The position numbers were made by a program, and so were the translations under genes. A stretch of 64,000 nucleotides of DNA from Dipteris shenzhenensis. Lineage: Eukaryota. Position 1 is the stretch's first letter, and each line of letters begins with the position of its first letter. Positions 34,628 through 47,903 of this stretch are shown in pieces. The notes beneath the pieces were generated by a model. That model did no database searches and had not been told where the DNA came from. It worked only from the letters and a program-made list of their open reading frames with translations. The stretch lies in assembly GCA_047967505.1 (NCBI GenBank), contig CM106538.1; one strand, 5' to 3'.

Positions 34628-36632
34628 AAATTTCGCTCCTGCCTGTAGGAAATGCCCCCCACCTTCTAGCGCCTATCTGTAGCGCCTATCTGATACATCT
34701 CTTTCCGCTAGAAGGATATCCGTGCACATTGTGCATGGAAGAGATGGAGAGAATGAGCGTAAAAATTTTTAGCGCCAACCCCACCTAAAGTCATCAATGG
34801 CCTCTCCATCTCCCCCACATCACGAGTTGATGTGAATGGACACGACAAAAATCGTGTCTTTTGATGTGCTTGGGCTGTCCCAAAACCAAGGGACACACCT
34901 TTTCCACCATCGGACACACCTTTTGATGAAGAGTTTCTCACTCCTCACCCAAGGGACACACCCCATCGTGGAAAAAAGGACACCTCTTTTCGTGTGAGGA
35001 CACCCCTTTTTAAAACAGGGTCACACCCCTTCATGAAAAGGTACACCTATTCCAAGGGTCACACCCCTTAGAATAGGCACACCTTTTGGCACCAAGCACC
35101 ACCCTACAAAAGGGTACCTAGAGGGCCTAAAAAGGGCAACCAGCCCTAAACCTAAGGCTCAACCCAAGATTACCCTTGTGTTCAAGTAACCCAACCTTTA
35201 ATTTTTGGGAAAAGCAAGGCCTAGCAGTTATTGCAGCCTTCGCAAATTGGCCTTTGGCGTCTCGTACATCGCGCCCTCTTCTCGAAAGTCACGCCTGCTG
35301 TTCTGTACAGTCTGTTCATGTCGATTCTGCCCCTCCCTTGCCGATTTCTTCTTGCCAGCCCACGCCAAGCCTGCTTGCCAGCCCACGCCAAGCCCACTTC
35401 AAGCTTGCCGTTTTCTGTTTGCAGCCTTGTGCTCAGCCTTTGGCGGCCTTCCATAGTCGCGCAAATCATGCCCTCAGCCTTCTATCTGTTCGCCAGCCTC
35501 TGCTCAGCCATGGATGTGTTCCATCGCCCTGAAGAGTGACAGCCTGACGCCCATTTCTGCACAGCCTGCTAGATCTCTTCACCTCACCATCTCAGCCTGC
35601 GAACAGAGGCCTTGTTGTTCAGCAATTTCCCTTAGCCAGCCCCTCTTGTACAAGAAAACCTCGCCTCTACACATCAGATCGAGATCCTGTGTGGTTCGTG
35701 GTTTTGCTGGCAACATCTTTCTGCCCACAACCGGACTGTTTGCTCGCTGAATCGCCTCCCTCTAAAGCAAACCCTAATTTTGAAACTTGAAGCCTGACAT
35801 CAGGACCTCCTTCAGCTCGCAATTGATGCTGTACTTTTTCCAGCCCGAAGCCCACCGCTAGTACACGCTTTTCAGCACAGTCGGGCAGCTCTAATCTATT
35901 CCAGGTGGATTCTTTCCATTCTATTTCTAAGGATTCTCTTTCATATTGTTATTTGACGCTCATTATCAAATTACAGCAAATGAAAGCCGCCTCCTTAAAG
36001 CATGGAAACCCCTGGTAATTCCCCAGTCCCTTCAAGGACACCTCAGGCATCATCTACCACACAATATCGTGTTTAGATTGCACAACCAGCCCATTTCAGA
36101 GCTTTTGCATCGTGGGTCTTCTGTGTCACGTGCCCTTCCAGTGACTTGGACCACATCCTATACCTTCTGCGTGAGGCACCTCAATTACATTACTTCCTCA
36201 GCATAGTCCTGGTTGTGTTCCACGAGACACGTAGATACCCAGAACCCGATATTCCTCACAAGTTTGCTGTCCATCTTTGCAGAGACTTTTACCCCTCAGC
36301 TTCAGCATCTCCAGGGTACTCTCCACCTCCTTCAGCTCCCAGATATCCTCCTATACAAGTTGTACCTTCCCCAAGACAGTATTTACACTCTGAAGGCACT
36401 CCTTCTCCTGGATATCCTCCACTTCTGACAGCAGCTCCTTATCCATTCTCAGATCCGTGGACTCTGCAACCTACCCCTGTACTCTCATGAGCAATAACAC
36501 CCATTTCGGAATCACCAGTGTTACCTCAGACAGGACCTCCTTTACCAGATTTCCACGGCTGGTTCCATCCTGTTTCTCCTGCCCCCTCCAACATGAGCAA
36601 TCTTAGGGAGCAGCCCGAATCTTCTTCCAGGA

Positions 36633-39600
36633 ATGGTACAAACTAGAGCGCAGGTTCGTGCTCTTCTCACAGGGACCTCAGATATGTCGCAACGCTCACG
36701 TGCAGCCTCTCCGGAGATAAGCGACTCAAGTCCAAAAAAGACCCCTGAAGTCAACTTACAAGGCGAAGCACTACTTCAACTTCAAATTTCCCAACTTCAT
36801 GACAGCATCTCCGACTTGGTCCAGAAGGTCCAACAACTCCAAGATTCTCGCAGTACCACACATACAGAGGATGACGTGATGCAACCAGACGACTATGTGG
36901 ACTCATTCCCCCCTAAGGTAGAAAACACTGAACTCTGTGCCCTCTACCGGTTACTCCAAGCTTCCAAAACTAAAAGACTTGACATTAAACTTCCGGAAGC
37001 CTACACTGGTCAACGAAACCGCCGAACAGTTGACCAATGGCTCGCAAAACTGCGCATGTACTTTGATACTGTTGACCTCACTGAAGGCAAAAAGATTGCC
37101 TTGGCAGCCTCCCTCCTCAAGAATACAGCTTTCCTATGGTGGCAACGACGCTTAAAGGACGGCAAAAGTGTGTTAACTTGGTAACGTTTTGAACACGTGC
37201 TCCGTAAGCACTTCATACCTACCAATGCGGACTTCCAAGCACGATCAAAACTCAAACAGTTGGAGCAAACAGGGTCCCTATCTTCCTACATCTCTCAGTT
37301 CACCACATGGGTACTAGAGATTGATGGTTTAATTGATGATGATCGCCTTCATGCTTTCATCTCAGGCCTAAATCCCTTGTTACGCATTGATGTCCTCAAA
37401 GCAAACATCACCACCACAGCTGGTGCTATTGCTTACACAGAGCGCATTACTGATTTCCAAAACACAGGAAAGCAGAGTGCTAATAGAACACCGAACTCTA
37501 CTATGGCCAAAGGTGCTCGCCCTCAAGATAACCCCAAGTTTAGAAAAAAATCGGGTAATCAAGGTCAACAACAGTCTCAAGATCCCCACAAGTCTCAGAA
37601 ATCGTATGCTGGATTCCAACAGAAGCACTCCTCCAAGGATCGCGCCTCTTCTTCTTCACAAAGTCATCACCGTCATCCCCAACATAAAGGTGCGGCCACT
37701 GATAAGAAGAACAACTCCAACACAAAAGGACTTTGTACCATCTATACAGGCGACCATAGATGGTTCGATTGTCCCAAGCGACCAAAGCAAAATTCCAATA
37801 TGGAACCTAGCACTTCCCAAACAAAAGATGCTACCCCAGCACAAGACAAGAAAGGAAAAGCTGTTCGAATGGCAAATACCATCCACATGAGCCTTGCCAG
37901 CAACCCCGGCGAACCTTCCCTGGCCACTCAAGTACTTTGTGTTCAAGGATCGATTCGTGGAACAACGGTCACTATCCTCATCGACAGTGGCTGCTCTCAT
38001 AACTTCCTAGCTAGTTCTATGGTTGACAAACTTCGGTTGACCACCAGTCCTAGTCCTATGGACTATCAGATTGAACTCGCAAATGGAACTACCTTCTTGT
38101 GCAACACCACGATCAAAAACTTGTCTTTTCGCATCCAACATTATACGGACAAGTTGAACTTCGACATCATGCCTCTTTCTTGGTACGATGTCATACTTGG
38201 ACAACAGTGGCTCTACGACTATGATCCATCAATCAGTTTTCACAGCCATACTATCCAGTTTGTCCACCAAGGAAAACTTATTGAGCTAACTGGTTCTAGG
38301 GACTCTCCTTCAACCCCAGTTGCCTCTACCCTACAAGTAAAGAAGTGGGTTCGTAAACATCAAGTAAAGACTTCACTTCTGTTGGTTACGGCAGTTTCGG
38401 AGTCACCAACAAAGGATCCTCCTGAATACCTCAACCAACCTTTTTTCCAACCCTACCTGGATATTTTTCCACAGGAATTGCCAAAGCAGTTACCACCTCG
38501 ACGACTAGTGGATCACCCAATCGAACTTATTCCCGGCAGTAATCCACCGTCGAAACCCCCTTATCGGGTTTCTTACACTCAAAATGAAGAAATCCAAAGA
38601 CAAGTGACCGAACTACTCGACAAAGGTCACATTTGGCCCAGTCGCAGCCCTTTCGGATCTCCTGTACTACTTGTGGAAAAAAAGAATAAGTCAATGCGCC
38701 TCTGCATCCACTACCAGGCCCTCAACAAGCTCACTATCAAAAATAAGTATCCATTGCCTCGCATCGATGACCTCTTCGATCAACTTCAACATGCCACACA
38801 ATTCTCAAAAATTGATCTTCATTCAGGTTATCATCAAATTCGCATATGAGAAGGCCATGAGTACAAGACAGCTTTTCGAACAAAGTATGGACACTATGAA
38901 TGTTTGGTCATGCCTTTTGGGTTAAACAATGCCCCGGCCACATTCATGACACTAATGAACCACATCTTCAGGCCTTTCCTCAATAAGTTCGTCATCGTTT
39001 ACCTCGATGACATCCTCGTTTTCAGCAGATCCCTACATGAGCACAAACAACATCTTCACCAAGTTTTTGAAGTTCTCCGCGCAAATTGTCTCTACATCAA
39101 CATTGAGAAGAGTGAGTTCTTCAAGACCCAACTCGAATATTTGGGACATGTTATTTCAGCTCAAGGCATCTCTGTGGATCCCAAGAAGGTCGAGGTAATC
39201 CGAAACTGGCCTACTCCTAAGAATGTTCATGATGTCCGCTCTTTTCTCGGATTGGCAAACTTCTACCATACAAAGGTCTATCAGTTTTCCAAAATCACAG
39301 CTCCTATGTCCGAATTATGGAAAAGCACAGTAGTTTTTCAGTGGCTTGCCGAAACAGAGTATAGTTTCCAACAACTCAAACAAGCACTCACTACCACACC
39401 AATTATGGCTATTGCTGACCCAAACCTTCCATTTGAGGTCATGACCGATGCTTCCGACATCGCTACAAGAGCAGTCTTGATGCAAGTCACTCTCTAAAGT
39501 ATATCTTTACTAGTATATCTTTACTCAGCCAGTCATGAACGCTCGACAAGCACGCTGGGTTGAGTTTCTGGCCAACTTTCACATGACCATTGAGTACATT

Positions 39601-41145
39601 CCAGGACTACGCAATGTAGTTGCAGATGCTCTCAGCAAGTTAACTCTAGCATCAGCTATGGTAATCTCTACATTACCTGTGGATGTTCCGAATTCATTCA
39701 AAGGGAAGTATTTCAATGATAAAGACTTCGGCACAGCAATACAAGTTCTTTCAAAAGATCAACCTTCGACTTTCGAACAGAAGATTTTCTCATCCTATTC
39801 TTATACGGATGACCTTCTGTATTATCAAGATCGCGTCTGTGTACCACATGATAAGGATGTTCAACGTCTTTTGTTAAAAGAGCATCATGTAGTTCCTTAT
39901 GCTGCCATCTAGGCATCAACAAGACTTATAGGTTACTCAGTACAACATACTACTGGCCTCAGATGAAAAGCGACATCATCAAAATGGTTACATCTTGCTT
40001 ATCTTGCCAACAAATGAAAGCAAGCCGACGACTTCCAGCAGGACTTCTTCAGCCTCTTCCAGTTCCAACTGAAAGGTGGGAAAGTATTTCCATGGATTTC
40101 ATTACCACACTACCACGATCCTCCCGAGGTAACACTCAGATTATGGTAATTGTTGATCGATTGTCCAAAATGGCACACTTTGTTGCTTGCAAAAGAAGTG
40201 CACAGGCTCCGGACATCGCCAAACTCTTCATACAACACATCTTCTGACACCATGGATTGCCCAAGAATATCATATCCGACAGAGATCCTAAGTTTACCAG
40301 TCACTTTTGGATTTCACTGTTCGAATCTTTGGGTACAACTCTACTGTTCAGTTCAGCCTACCACCCAGAATCAAATGGCCAGACTGAAAGAGTCAACCAA
40401 GTTCTGGAAGAAATGCTTCGACATTATATTCAGTCATGCCTAGCAGCTTGGGAAGAGTATCTACCACTCCTTGAGTTTGCTTATAATAACTCTTTTCATA
40501 GTGCCATCAGCATGACTCCATTCCAAGCAGCTTATGGACACACTCCGATCGTACCAACGAATTTTGTACTTCAACATCGAGTGGCCCTAGCTGATCAACT
40601 GGTTCAAGAAATGCACGACATTCTACTCCAAGTCAGGGATCATATGCGAAAAGTGTAAGAGCGGTATCAACGGTTTGCCAACAAACATAGACGTCACCTG
40701 GAATTTGACGCTAGTGACATGTTGCTATTATTTGTAGCCCCACATCGCTATAAGACGGTTAAGTCTGTGTTTCCTAAGTTGCGACCAAGATACTATGGAC
40801 CTTTCCAGATCGTCAAGAAAAATTCACCTTTAAGTTACAAATTGGAATTACCACCATCTGGGGTAAAATCCATCCGACATTTCATATTTCTTGGCTAAAG
40901 ACGTACATTCCAGGCGATGAAGCAGTTCCTCCTGCAGGTGATTATGTCCCAGAAATCGAAGATGATTATGTTCTCCTTATTCTTGAGCGTATTCTGGACC
41001 ATCGACAGCGAGAGACTCGACATCGACTAATCACGGAATTCCTTGTTCTTTGGCGAGATCTGGACGACTCCGACACTACTTGGCAATCTGATGAAGACTT
41101 ACAGCAGTACCCTGACATTTTACAGCAATATTTTCAGAATTTACC
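36633..41145 (+). pseudogene. gag-pol: Gypsy gag-pol with chromodomain; several stops, frameshifts and a deletion in RNase H
   Basis: gag AFLWW and [84 protein letters not shown]; chromodomain ERILDHR...EFLVLWRD...TW near 40980-41085. Confidence 0.94.
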
Positions 41146-41205
41146 ATGATATTTTCTACATCAGTTCATTATCTCCACCAGGGTCTTATTTTGAGTGGGA
41201 GGGGA

Positions 41206-41604
41206 TGTCACGATTTGTGACGTATTCCTTTCTCTATATCTTAGACTTATGGATGGTTTGATGAATGGACACTTGTGGAAGGGTATGCACTTTCGACGGG
41301 ACAATTCCTATGAGGCACAACCCTTCACAAGAGACATTCTATTGAAGAGACACTCCTATTGCAATGTACCCTCTCATCAAGGGTCACACCCTTCACAAGG
41401 GGTACACACCTCTTCATGCACACACACTTTGGAGTACACACCTTTTCATGTGTGACTCTTCACTCTCTATATAAGAGAGGCCCAACTGTATGGATGACAC
41501 TACAGACACTCAAGCAGTACAAATATTCCTTGTTCTCTGTTATTTCAGTCTCCTTTCTGTTCCTTAGCACATTTCTAAATATAATAAATCTAGGATTTCT
41601 TACA
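41206..41604 (+). repeat. 3' LTR of chromovirus
   Basis: TG...CA, preceded by PPT and followed by the TSD. Confidence 0.95.
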
Positions 41605-42906
41605 CCTGTGGAGATACCTTGTAGAGCCGCCACCAAACAAGGGAACAAAAGGAAGCCTCTTTGCTTGACTAGCCCACGTATTAAGCAAGCGATCTTCAGT
41701 CCCCACCATATGACCGGTTTTCAGGATAGTTGCCTACACTCCACATAAAAGGTAAAACAAATCATCAAGTCAATGAGAATATGGCATCATGACCTATAAT
41801 CTCTCATGGCCAATTCAAACATCTTAGTTCGACCAAAAATTTTGATATAAACTCATCCTAAAATAGTTCTTCATCAGCTTAGAGGCATGCCATATTGATA
41901 TAGAAATCTCACAAAACAAGGCATTCCATATTTGTTAAAAACCTTCCAAACCCCACCCACCAAGCACAAAGCAAAGATGATCTACGAAACAGACAATGGC
42001 AGTTCAGTATGTTTGGTCTTTACTCAAAGGTGAACACCAAACACGAGGGATCACCACCACTGCTATGGTTCGACCTTCGATGCATACAGAGGATACAGAG
42101 GCTGCACCCCCACCACACACACAAAGAACTCGACAAAGGCAAATCCGAGATATGCTCGCGGCCCACCAGAGGAACCTACCATAGCACTACCTAGTAGGGG
42201 AGGTCTTTTGCACCTCCTGGGCACTTCATGCTTGACTCTAGGGCCTTAGTATACTACATTGCAACAGTTTCATTTCAAGTTTTGATTTTTGATTTGTTTG
42301 TTACCACTTAGCATACTAATAGAGTGTACCCTTGCAATTGAACAAGCCCACGATGGCTTGTCTTTGGAAGCACTTTGGATGATATGTTGTCTCATAGTGT
42401 CAGTGAAACATGCTACTAGAGTGGCTGAATGGGTGGGCCACATCTAGCCTAGAATCTTCAGGTAGGATCAAGATGGAGAGAATAGAGTTAATGTAGGACA
42501 TGTGATTCAGTTTCCCCCATGCACCCTTCTTATAAGGTTTCTTCAGTCTTCACGGACTTTTGGGTCTTCAATCTTTGATTTCAAAAAAAATGTAGTTTGA
42601 AATTGTGCCCTCTAGTGCTCCTTTGGAATGAAATGTTCGCCCTCTTTAGCTCTTCGACATGGTAGCCTTAACTTCGAAATCCCCAAATCGAATGCACTGT
42701 TCTATTTACTAAAAATAGTGATAGAGGAAATTTAAATTGTAATAGAGTTCTCATGATTACTCTTCTCTTATCACCAGTGGGAGGTCGAACACACTCAGGT
42801 GAGAAGAGAGTGTGCCCATGGTGCTTGATCAAGAGGAACATTTTCAAAACCCTTCAGACGGGGCGGAGGTGCAGAGGCTTTGGCTGCCCCGCAAAACAAA
42901 GGACAG

Positions 42907-44548
42907 TGATAGGACAAAACTTGTATCAAATTTTTGAGCACTGTATATAGCTATGGGTAGGCACATAGTTATACACATCTAGGGTAGGTGTGGGCTTTTG
43001 GCATTTGTGGATTTTTCCTTCACAAGCATAATGGACTAATGTATAGTTTTTTGAGACAATAAAGTATGTTTTGCAGGGACTTCATGGGAAATGATGAAAT
43101 GCAATGTGGTTGTACCAGACCTCCAGACCAAGGGTATCCAGTGTGTGGTCAAGTGAAAATGTTTTTGGGGTCATGTAAAATCAAGTCATGAAGGGTTTTT
43201 TTTTTTTTTTCATGAGTCAATGTGGTCTTGCATGTTACGGGAATTTGATATGTTCTAGTGTCCATGTCAAGGGGCTTTTCATGTGGGTGTACGGGGGTGC
43301 ATGTAAGTCTTAATGTGCATGCTAATGTGTGTGGGAATTGTGTGACCAAAGGTCCAAAATGTGCATTTAATGTGCCTTGGGGGATATTTGCATTTTTTAA
43401 ATGGAAGAGTGGTAAATTCTACGTGATGACGTGGCTGGAAAATCTAGAAGGGAATGTATGCATGCAAGGTGGCTACGTGATTAAGGATTGGGATGCTCTG
43501 GCTGAGGAGTGGGCTGATACCTAGGATGGCGACTACCAGAGAGTTCTGAAAAATGTGGATGAGCGGAAGAGATGAGGTTGGGGGGAAAAAAGCAAAGAAG
43601 GAGAGAGGAGAGGATCTGCTGGTCGATGAACGGATGGTTCACAGGCTCCAAATTGTTGTACAAGAGCACTGCGTCAGGGTGTAGAGGACTGTGACGATCT
43701 GAGAGAGCGATTGGGCTGTGTAGGGCTGTCAATGCGATGTGATGATCTGAAAAAAATAGCACAGGGCTGATGGGCTGTTAGCTGAGCGGAGAGCTGTAGT
43801 ATGGAAGAGAAGAGATAGGCTGACGATTAGCTGAGCGGAGAGCTAACGGACTGATCGACATGAAGTACGAGTCGCTTATTTTTTTGGGCTGTGGGTTTGT
43901 TACCTTTAATCACGCACAAGTGTGCAGGCTGCGTGGGGGAGCTTAGCTGGAACAGAAGACAGATTGGGAGTTGTCGCTGCTGGAAGCACTCGTGATGTGG
44001 CTGCTTACAATTCTGAGTATGACGTACAGCTTGTGTGCAGATGCAATAGTGACTGAACGGAAGTCATGATAGGGATCAGGGACTTTGATCGTTGAGGTTT
44101 CATGAATCTATAGGTGGAGTGGATGACTCGATGGATTAGCATTCTTGGGGGTTCTTTGTGCATGAGGATTCCATACGAGAAGCATAAGTACGAGCTGTTT
44201 TACTTATACAAGCTGCTGGAAGAAGGTGTTGTAGATACATCATGTGTGGTTGATCTGTCGTACAAGGAACGACTGTGTGTATGAACAACTCTTGGTTGAC
44301 ACAGAGCTACAACAAGTCAAAGCCTTCTTTCCCCTCTTTCAAAGAGTTTGTGTGTTCCTGTGTGTGTTCTAGTCAGATTGTGTGGGAGATTGACTTGTTA
44401 TTTGTGTGCTCTGGATACCTACTCTGGAACCTAGTTCATAAGCTCGTCATCTATGAGACCACATTGCAGCTGATCCCTATGAAGTCTCAGCTATTTGACG
44501 TGGTGAAGTACATAATTCCTGGTTGTCTTTCCTTTTTTTTCCTTATCA
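42907..44548 (+). repeat. 5' LTR of Tat-type Gypsy
   Basis: Closely similar direct repeat of 47904..49544. Confidence 0.95.
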
Positions 44549-44674
44549 TCTTTTTCGCGATCCTGCTAGGGACAGGAGGAGTTTTGAATTGAGATTGGAT
44601 ACTCAAGACAAAACGGCCCAGAAGATTGGCTGGGGAATGTTGCTTGAATTTCTGTGTGGTTAGGGATTGAAACT

Positions 44675-44869
44675 ATGAAGACAAAGCCTCGCATGAGAGT
44701 GATTCATTGTGAGTTATGTGGGGAGTGTGGACACAAGAGAGATAGATGCCTTGATGTTGAACTTTGGGTGATACGTCTCCATGCTAAGGTTCAAAAGGCT
44801 TTGAAAGTGATTGCTCTTAGGAAGAAGAATGCCAGTCAGATGCAGGGTATGTTTTCTTCAGTAGAGTGA
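44675..44869 (+). CDS. Small Cys/His-rich basic ORF upstream of gag, homologue of 5069..5239
   Basis: MKTKPRMRVIHCELCGECGHKRDRCLDVELWVIRLHAKVQKALKVIALRKKNASQMQGMFSSVE; stop lies 81 nt before the gag ATG at 44951. Confidence 0.68.
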   Translation: MKTKPRMRVIHCELCGECGHKRDRCLDVELWVIRLHAKVQKALKVIALRKKNASQMQGMFSSVE

Positions 44870-44950
44870 TTATTTTGTTTTCTTCGCACAAGAGGTTGGG
44901 TGGTATTTCTGGTTGGAAGTGTGTTTGAGATAAGTTAGTCAAGAGGAGAG

Positions 44951-47870
44951 ATGGCTCATGAATTTCCTTGATTTCACGGGTTGCCCAATGAAGACCCAGA
45001 GAGGTTTTTAGAGTGCTTGGAGTTCACAGTTCTTATTAAAGACAAGAATGCTCCAAAAGTCCTTCTTCAGATTCTATCCTTTTGTCTGTTGGGAGAAGCG
45101 AGAACTTGGCTGCAGACTTTCTCTGCAAGGATGCGTGTTACCAACGGCCCCTCGCACTATCAGGAGAATTCAGATCTGATTTTATCACCTTTCCTGGATA
45201 AATTTTGTAAAGTGTTTATTGATGACATCTGTGTCTACAGTGGAAGAAGAAAGCACTGCGGCAAGCTGGATCAAGTATTCTATGAGATTGATAAAAATGG
45301 TGGTCAATTAAATCCTAAGAAGACTCAGTTAGCTCAGACCAGCATTAAAATATTGGGGCATATTGTATCTGAGAATGGGATTGAGCCGGGACCAGGTAAC
45401 GTGAAAGCTTTAGTTATGCTGTCCTCTCTTGAGAATACCAAGCAGTTGCATACCTTTCTCCAGAAGGTGAAGTATCTGTCGAGATTTATTCATATGTTAT
45501 CTCAGATTTTGTATCCTCTTCATCAGCTGGTAAAATCTAAGCCTCTAAAATGGACGACAGAGAGTGAAGAGGCGTTTGAGGCAGTTAAGGAATCCTTGAC
45601 TCATATTTCAAGTGTAAAGCCACCAGATTATTCCAGGACTTTTTATGTGAATCCATCCGTAGGACCAGATGCTATTGGTGCTATTCTTTTGCAGCAAGGA
45701 GAGGGTTCCAGATATATGAGGCCAGTCTATTATGCCAGCAGGGTGAAGACTGAAGTAGAGAGGAAGTATTCAACGGCTGAATTGGTCCTGGCTAGCCTCT
45801 TGTATGCTTGTAGGAGATTTCGGTCTTATCTATTGTCCAGACCTTTTGAGGTTCTCACCTCATGTTCACTACTGTCTCATATGTTGAATAGTACAAACAT
45901 CTCCAGGAGCATGATTAAATGGATAGTAGGGTTACAGGAGTACTCTTTTACCTTCTTGGTTAAGAACTCTACCAGAGCTTCCTTGGCTGATCTCCTCACC
46001 TATAAGGAAGGACCTATTTTAGTTGAAGATGTGGAGAAGAACACTGACATGAATGAAGAAAAAGTACTAGAGGATGCATTTGTTTTACACTTTGATGGAT
46101 CTTACAAAAAAAGTTTAAATAAAAGTACAGGAGGAATTGTCATTTATGATCCTGGAGGAAAGGAGATTCGAAAAATGGGAATTTAGCTCGAAGCCAGCAG
46201 TAATAATGAAGCTGAATATGCAGCCCTCTTCGAAGGTTTGAAAGTATGCATTAGTCTGGGTATTAAGAGACTCAAGATTAAGGGAGATGCTCTGTTGGTT
46301 GTGAAGCAAATTTTAGGTGTCTCGAAGGTTAAGCATGTTCATTTGAAGAGATGGATAAGCGCGGTGAAGAAACTGTTAAATCAATTGGATGCCTGGACAC
46401 TCCAGCATATTGAAAGAGGTAAGAATGTAAATGCACATGATGCTGCGCAGGAAATTACAGCAACTTATGCTGATGCAATAGGAGTGCAGGAGCACTTATA
46501 CAAAGGAAGGGAGACATTGGCTTGTGAGGAAAGCTTCCTGTTAACTGGTAAAGTGCCTGAAGAAGTTCAAAAACAAAGAAAATACAGATTTATTAAAAGC
46601 TGTACTTATTATTGTCTGATAGATGATGTTCTTTACATGAAAGGGGCTGATCTGGTGCTTAGAAGAATTCCCTGGCATGAGGAAGTTTTTCATATTCTAC
46701 AAGCTAATCATGAGGGAGTATGTGGAGGACATTTTGCTTTCAAAATCATGCTGAGGAAAATACTTACAGAAGGGTATGTGTGGCCATCCCTCTAGAGAGA
46801 CATAAGACATTGGTGCAAGTCATGCCTACAGTGTCAGCAGATAAGTAAGAGGATCGTACATCCAGAACTCAGAAATATCATGCCTGCTTATAATATTTTT
46901 GAGAAATGGGGAATAGATGCCATTGGTCCTCTACCCATGACAGCCAGGGGAAATTGTTATGTATTGACAGCTGTGGATTATTTGACGAGATGGGCTGAAG
47001 CACGCGCAGTACGGGCAGTCAATGCAAAATCTGTATGTAAATTTGTGTATAGGATATCTGCTGTAAATTTGGTGTGCCACTGGAGCTGCTTTCTGATAGA
47101 GGTTCAGGTTTCAGGAGTGAACTGATGGATTTATTATGTGGTAAGCTGAAGATTAAACACAGATATGCAAGTCCCTATTATCCTCAATGTAATGGGATGA
47201 ATGAAAATTTTAATGGGGTGTGTACTAATATCATGGGAAAGATCATGAGAACACGTGAGAAGGAGTGGGACCTTGCTTTGCACTGGGATTTATGGGCTTA
47301 CAGAGTTGCAGTAAAATAAGCACCCAGTTTTAACCATTTCATCTTGTTTACGGGAAAGAAGCTCTATTACCCTTGGAAGTAGAAATTCTTGCATTACAGA
47401 TGTTAATGAAGATAAACGAGGATTCAAATTCTACTTTCTAGAACCGCTTATTGCATTTGTAGGAAGCACAACTAGACAGACAAAAGGCGGTGGAACATTA
47501 TGATTTAATTCAAGAGGAGAATCAGAAGAGAGCAAACAGGAAATTCAGGAATAAGAAAATCGAGGAGGGTGATCTAGTTTTGAGATACAACAATAGTCTG
47601 GACACTACCTTCAAGAAGAAATTTGTGACCAAATGGGATGGACATTTTCGTGAGACGAAGAATTCAAAAATGGCTCATATCAACTTGAGAATTTGGATGG
47701 TCAGTAGCATAAGAATAGAGTCAATGGCTTCAGACTAAAGAAATACTTTCATAGGATCATGAGTGTGGGCAGATGTGAACCTACTGTGATGAGATCAAAC
47801 AAGCCGGAAGACCTCATGGATGAGGATATCTCTGAAGAAATGCAAATCTTATATAGCCCTATCTGCAAGA
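44951..47870 (+). pseudogene. gag-pol: Deleted gag-pol: gag N-terminus fused to RT C-terminus, RNase H, archaeal-type RNase H, integrase
   Basis: EDPERFLE...LLGEARTWL then TNGPSHYQ...FIDDI; PVYYASR...YSTAEL; HFDGS...NNEAEYAAL...GDALLVV; H...GGHF...YVWP, WGIDAIGP, LSDRG, YPQCNG. Confidence 0.92.
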
Positions 47871-47903
47871 CATGAATGTCTGCAGACTCGGGGATGGGCA
47901 AAA

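Larger units (their letters stand above)
34222..41604 (+). mobile_element. Full-length Ty3/Gypsy chromovirus LTR retrotransposon, inactivated by stops
   Basis: LTRs 34222..34614 and 41206..41604; TSD CCTGT at 34217-34221 and 41605-41609; PBS TGGTGTCAGAGC at 34616-34627; PPT at 41193-41205; domains gag-PR-RT-RH-INT-chromodomain. Confidence 0.96.

Noticed and set aside
41610-42900. Unassigned 1.3-kb spacer as a gene or element
   Set aside because: Only short ORFs, with no recognisable domain, termini or convincing splice pattern.
42900-42906. Target-site duplication for the Tat-type Gypsy
   Set aside because: Flanks GACAG and ACGGA do not give a 5-bp match; ACAG/ACGG is too weak to claim.
43149-44592. 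ORFs duplicated at 48183-49636 that look like paralogous genes
   Set aside because: They lie inside the two LTRs; the duplication reflects LTR identity.
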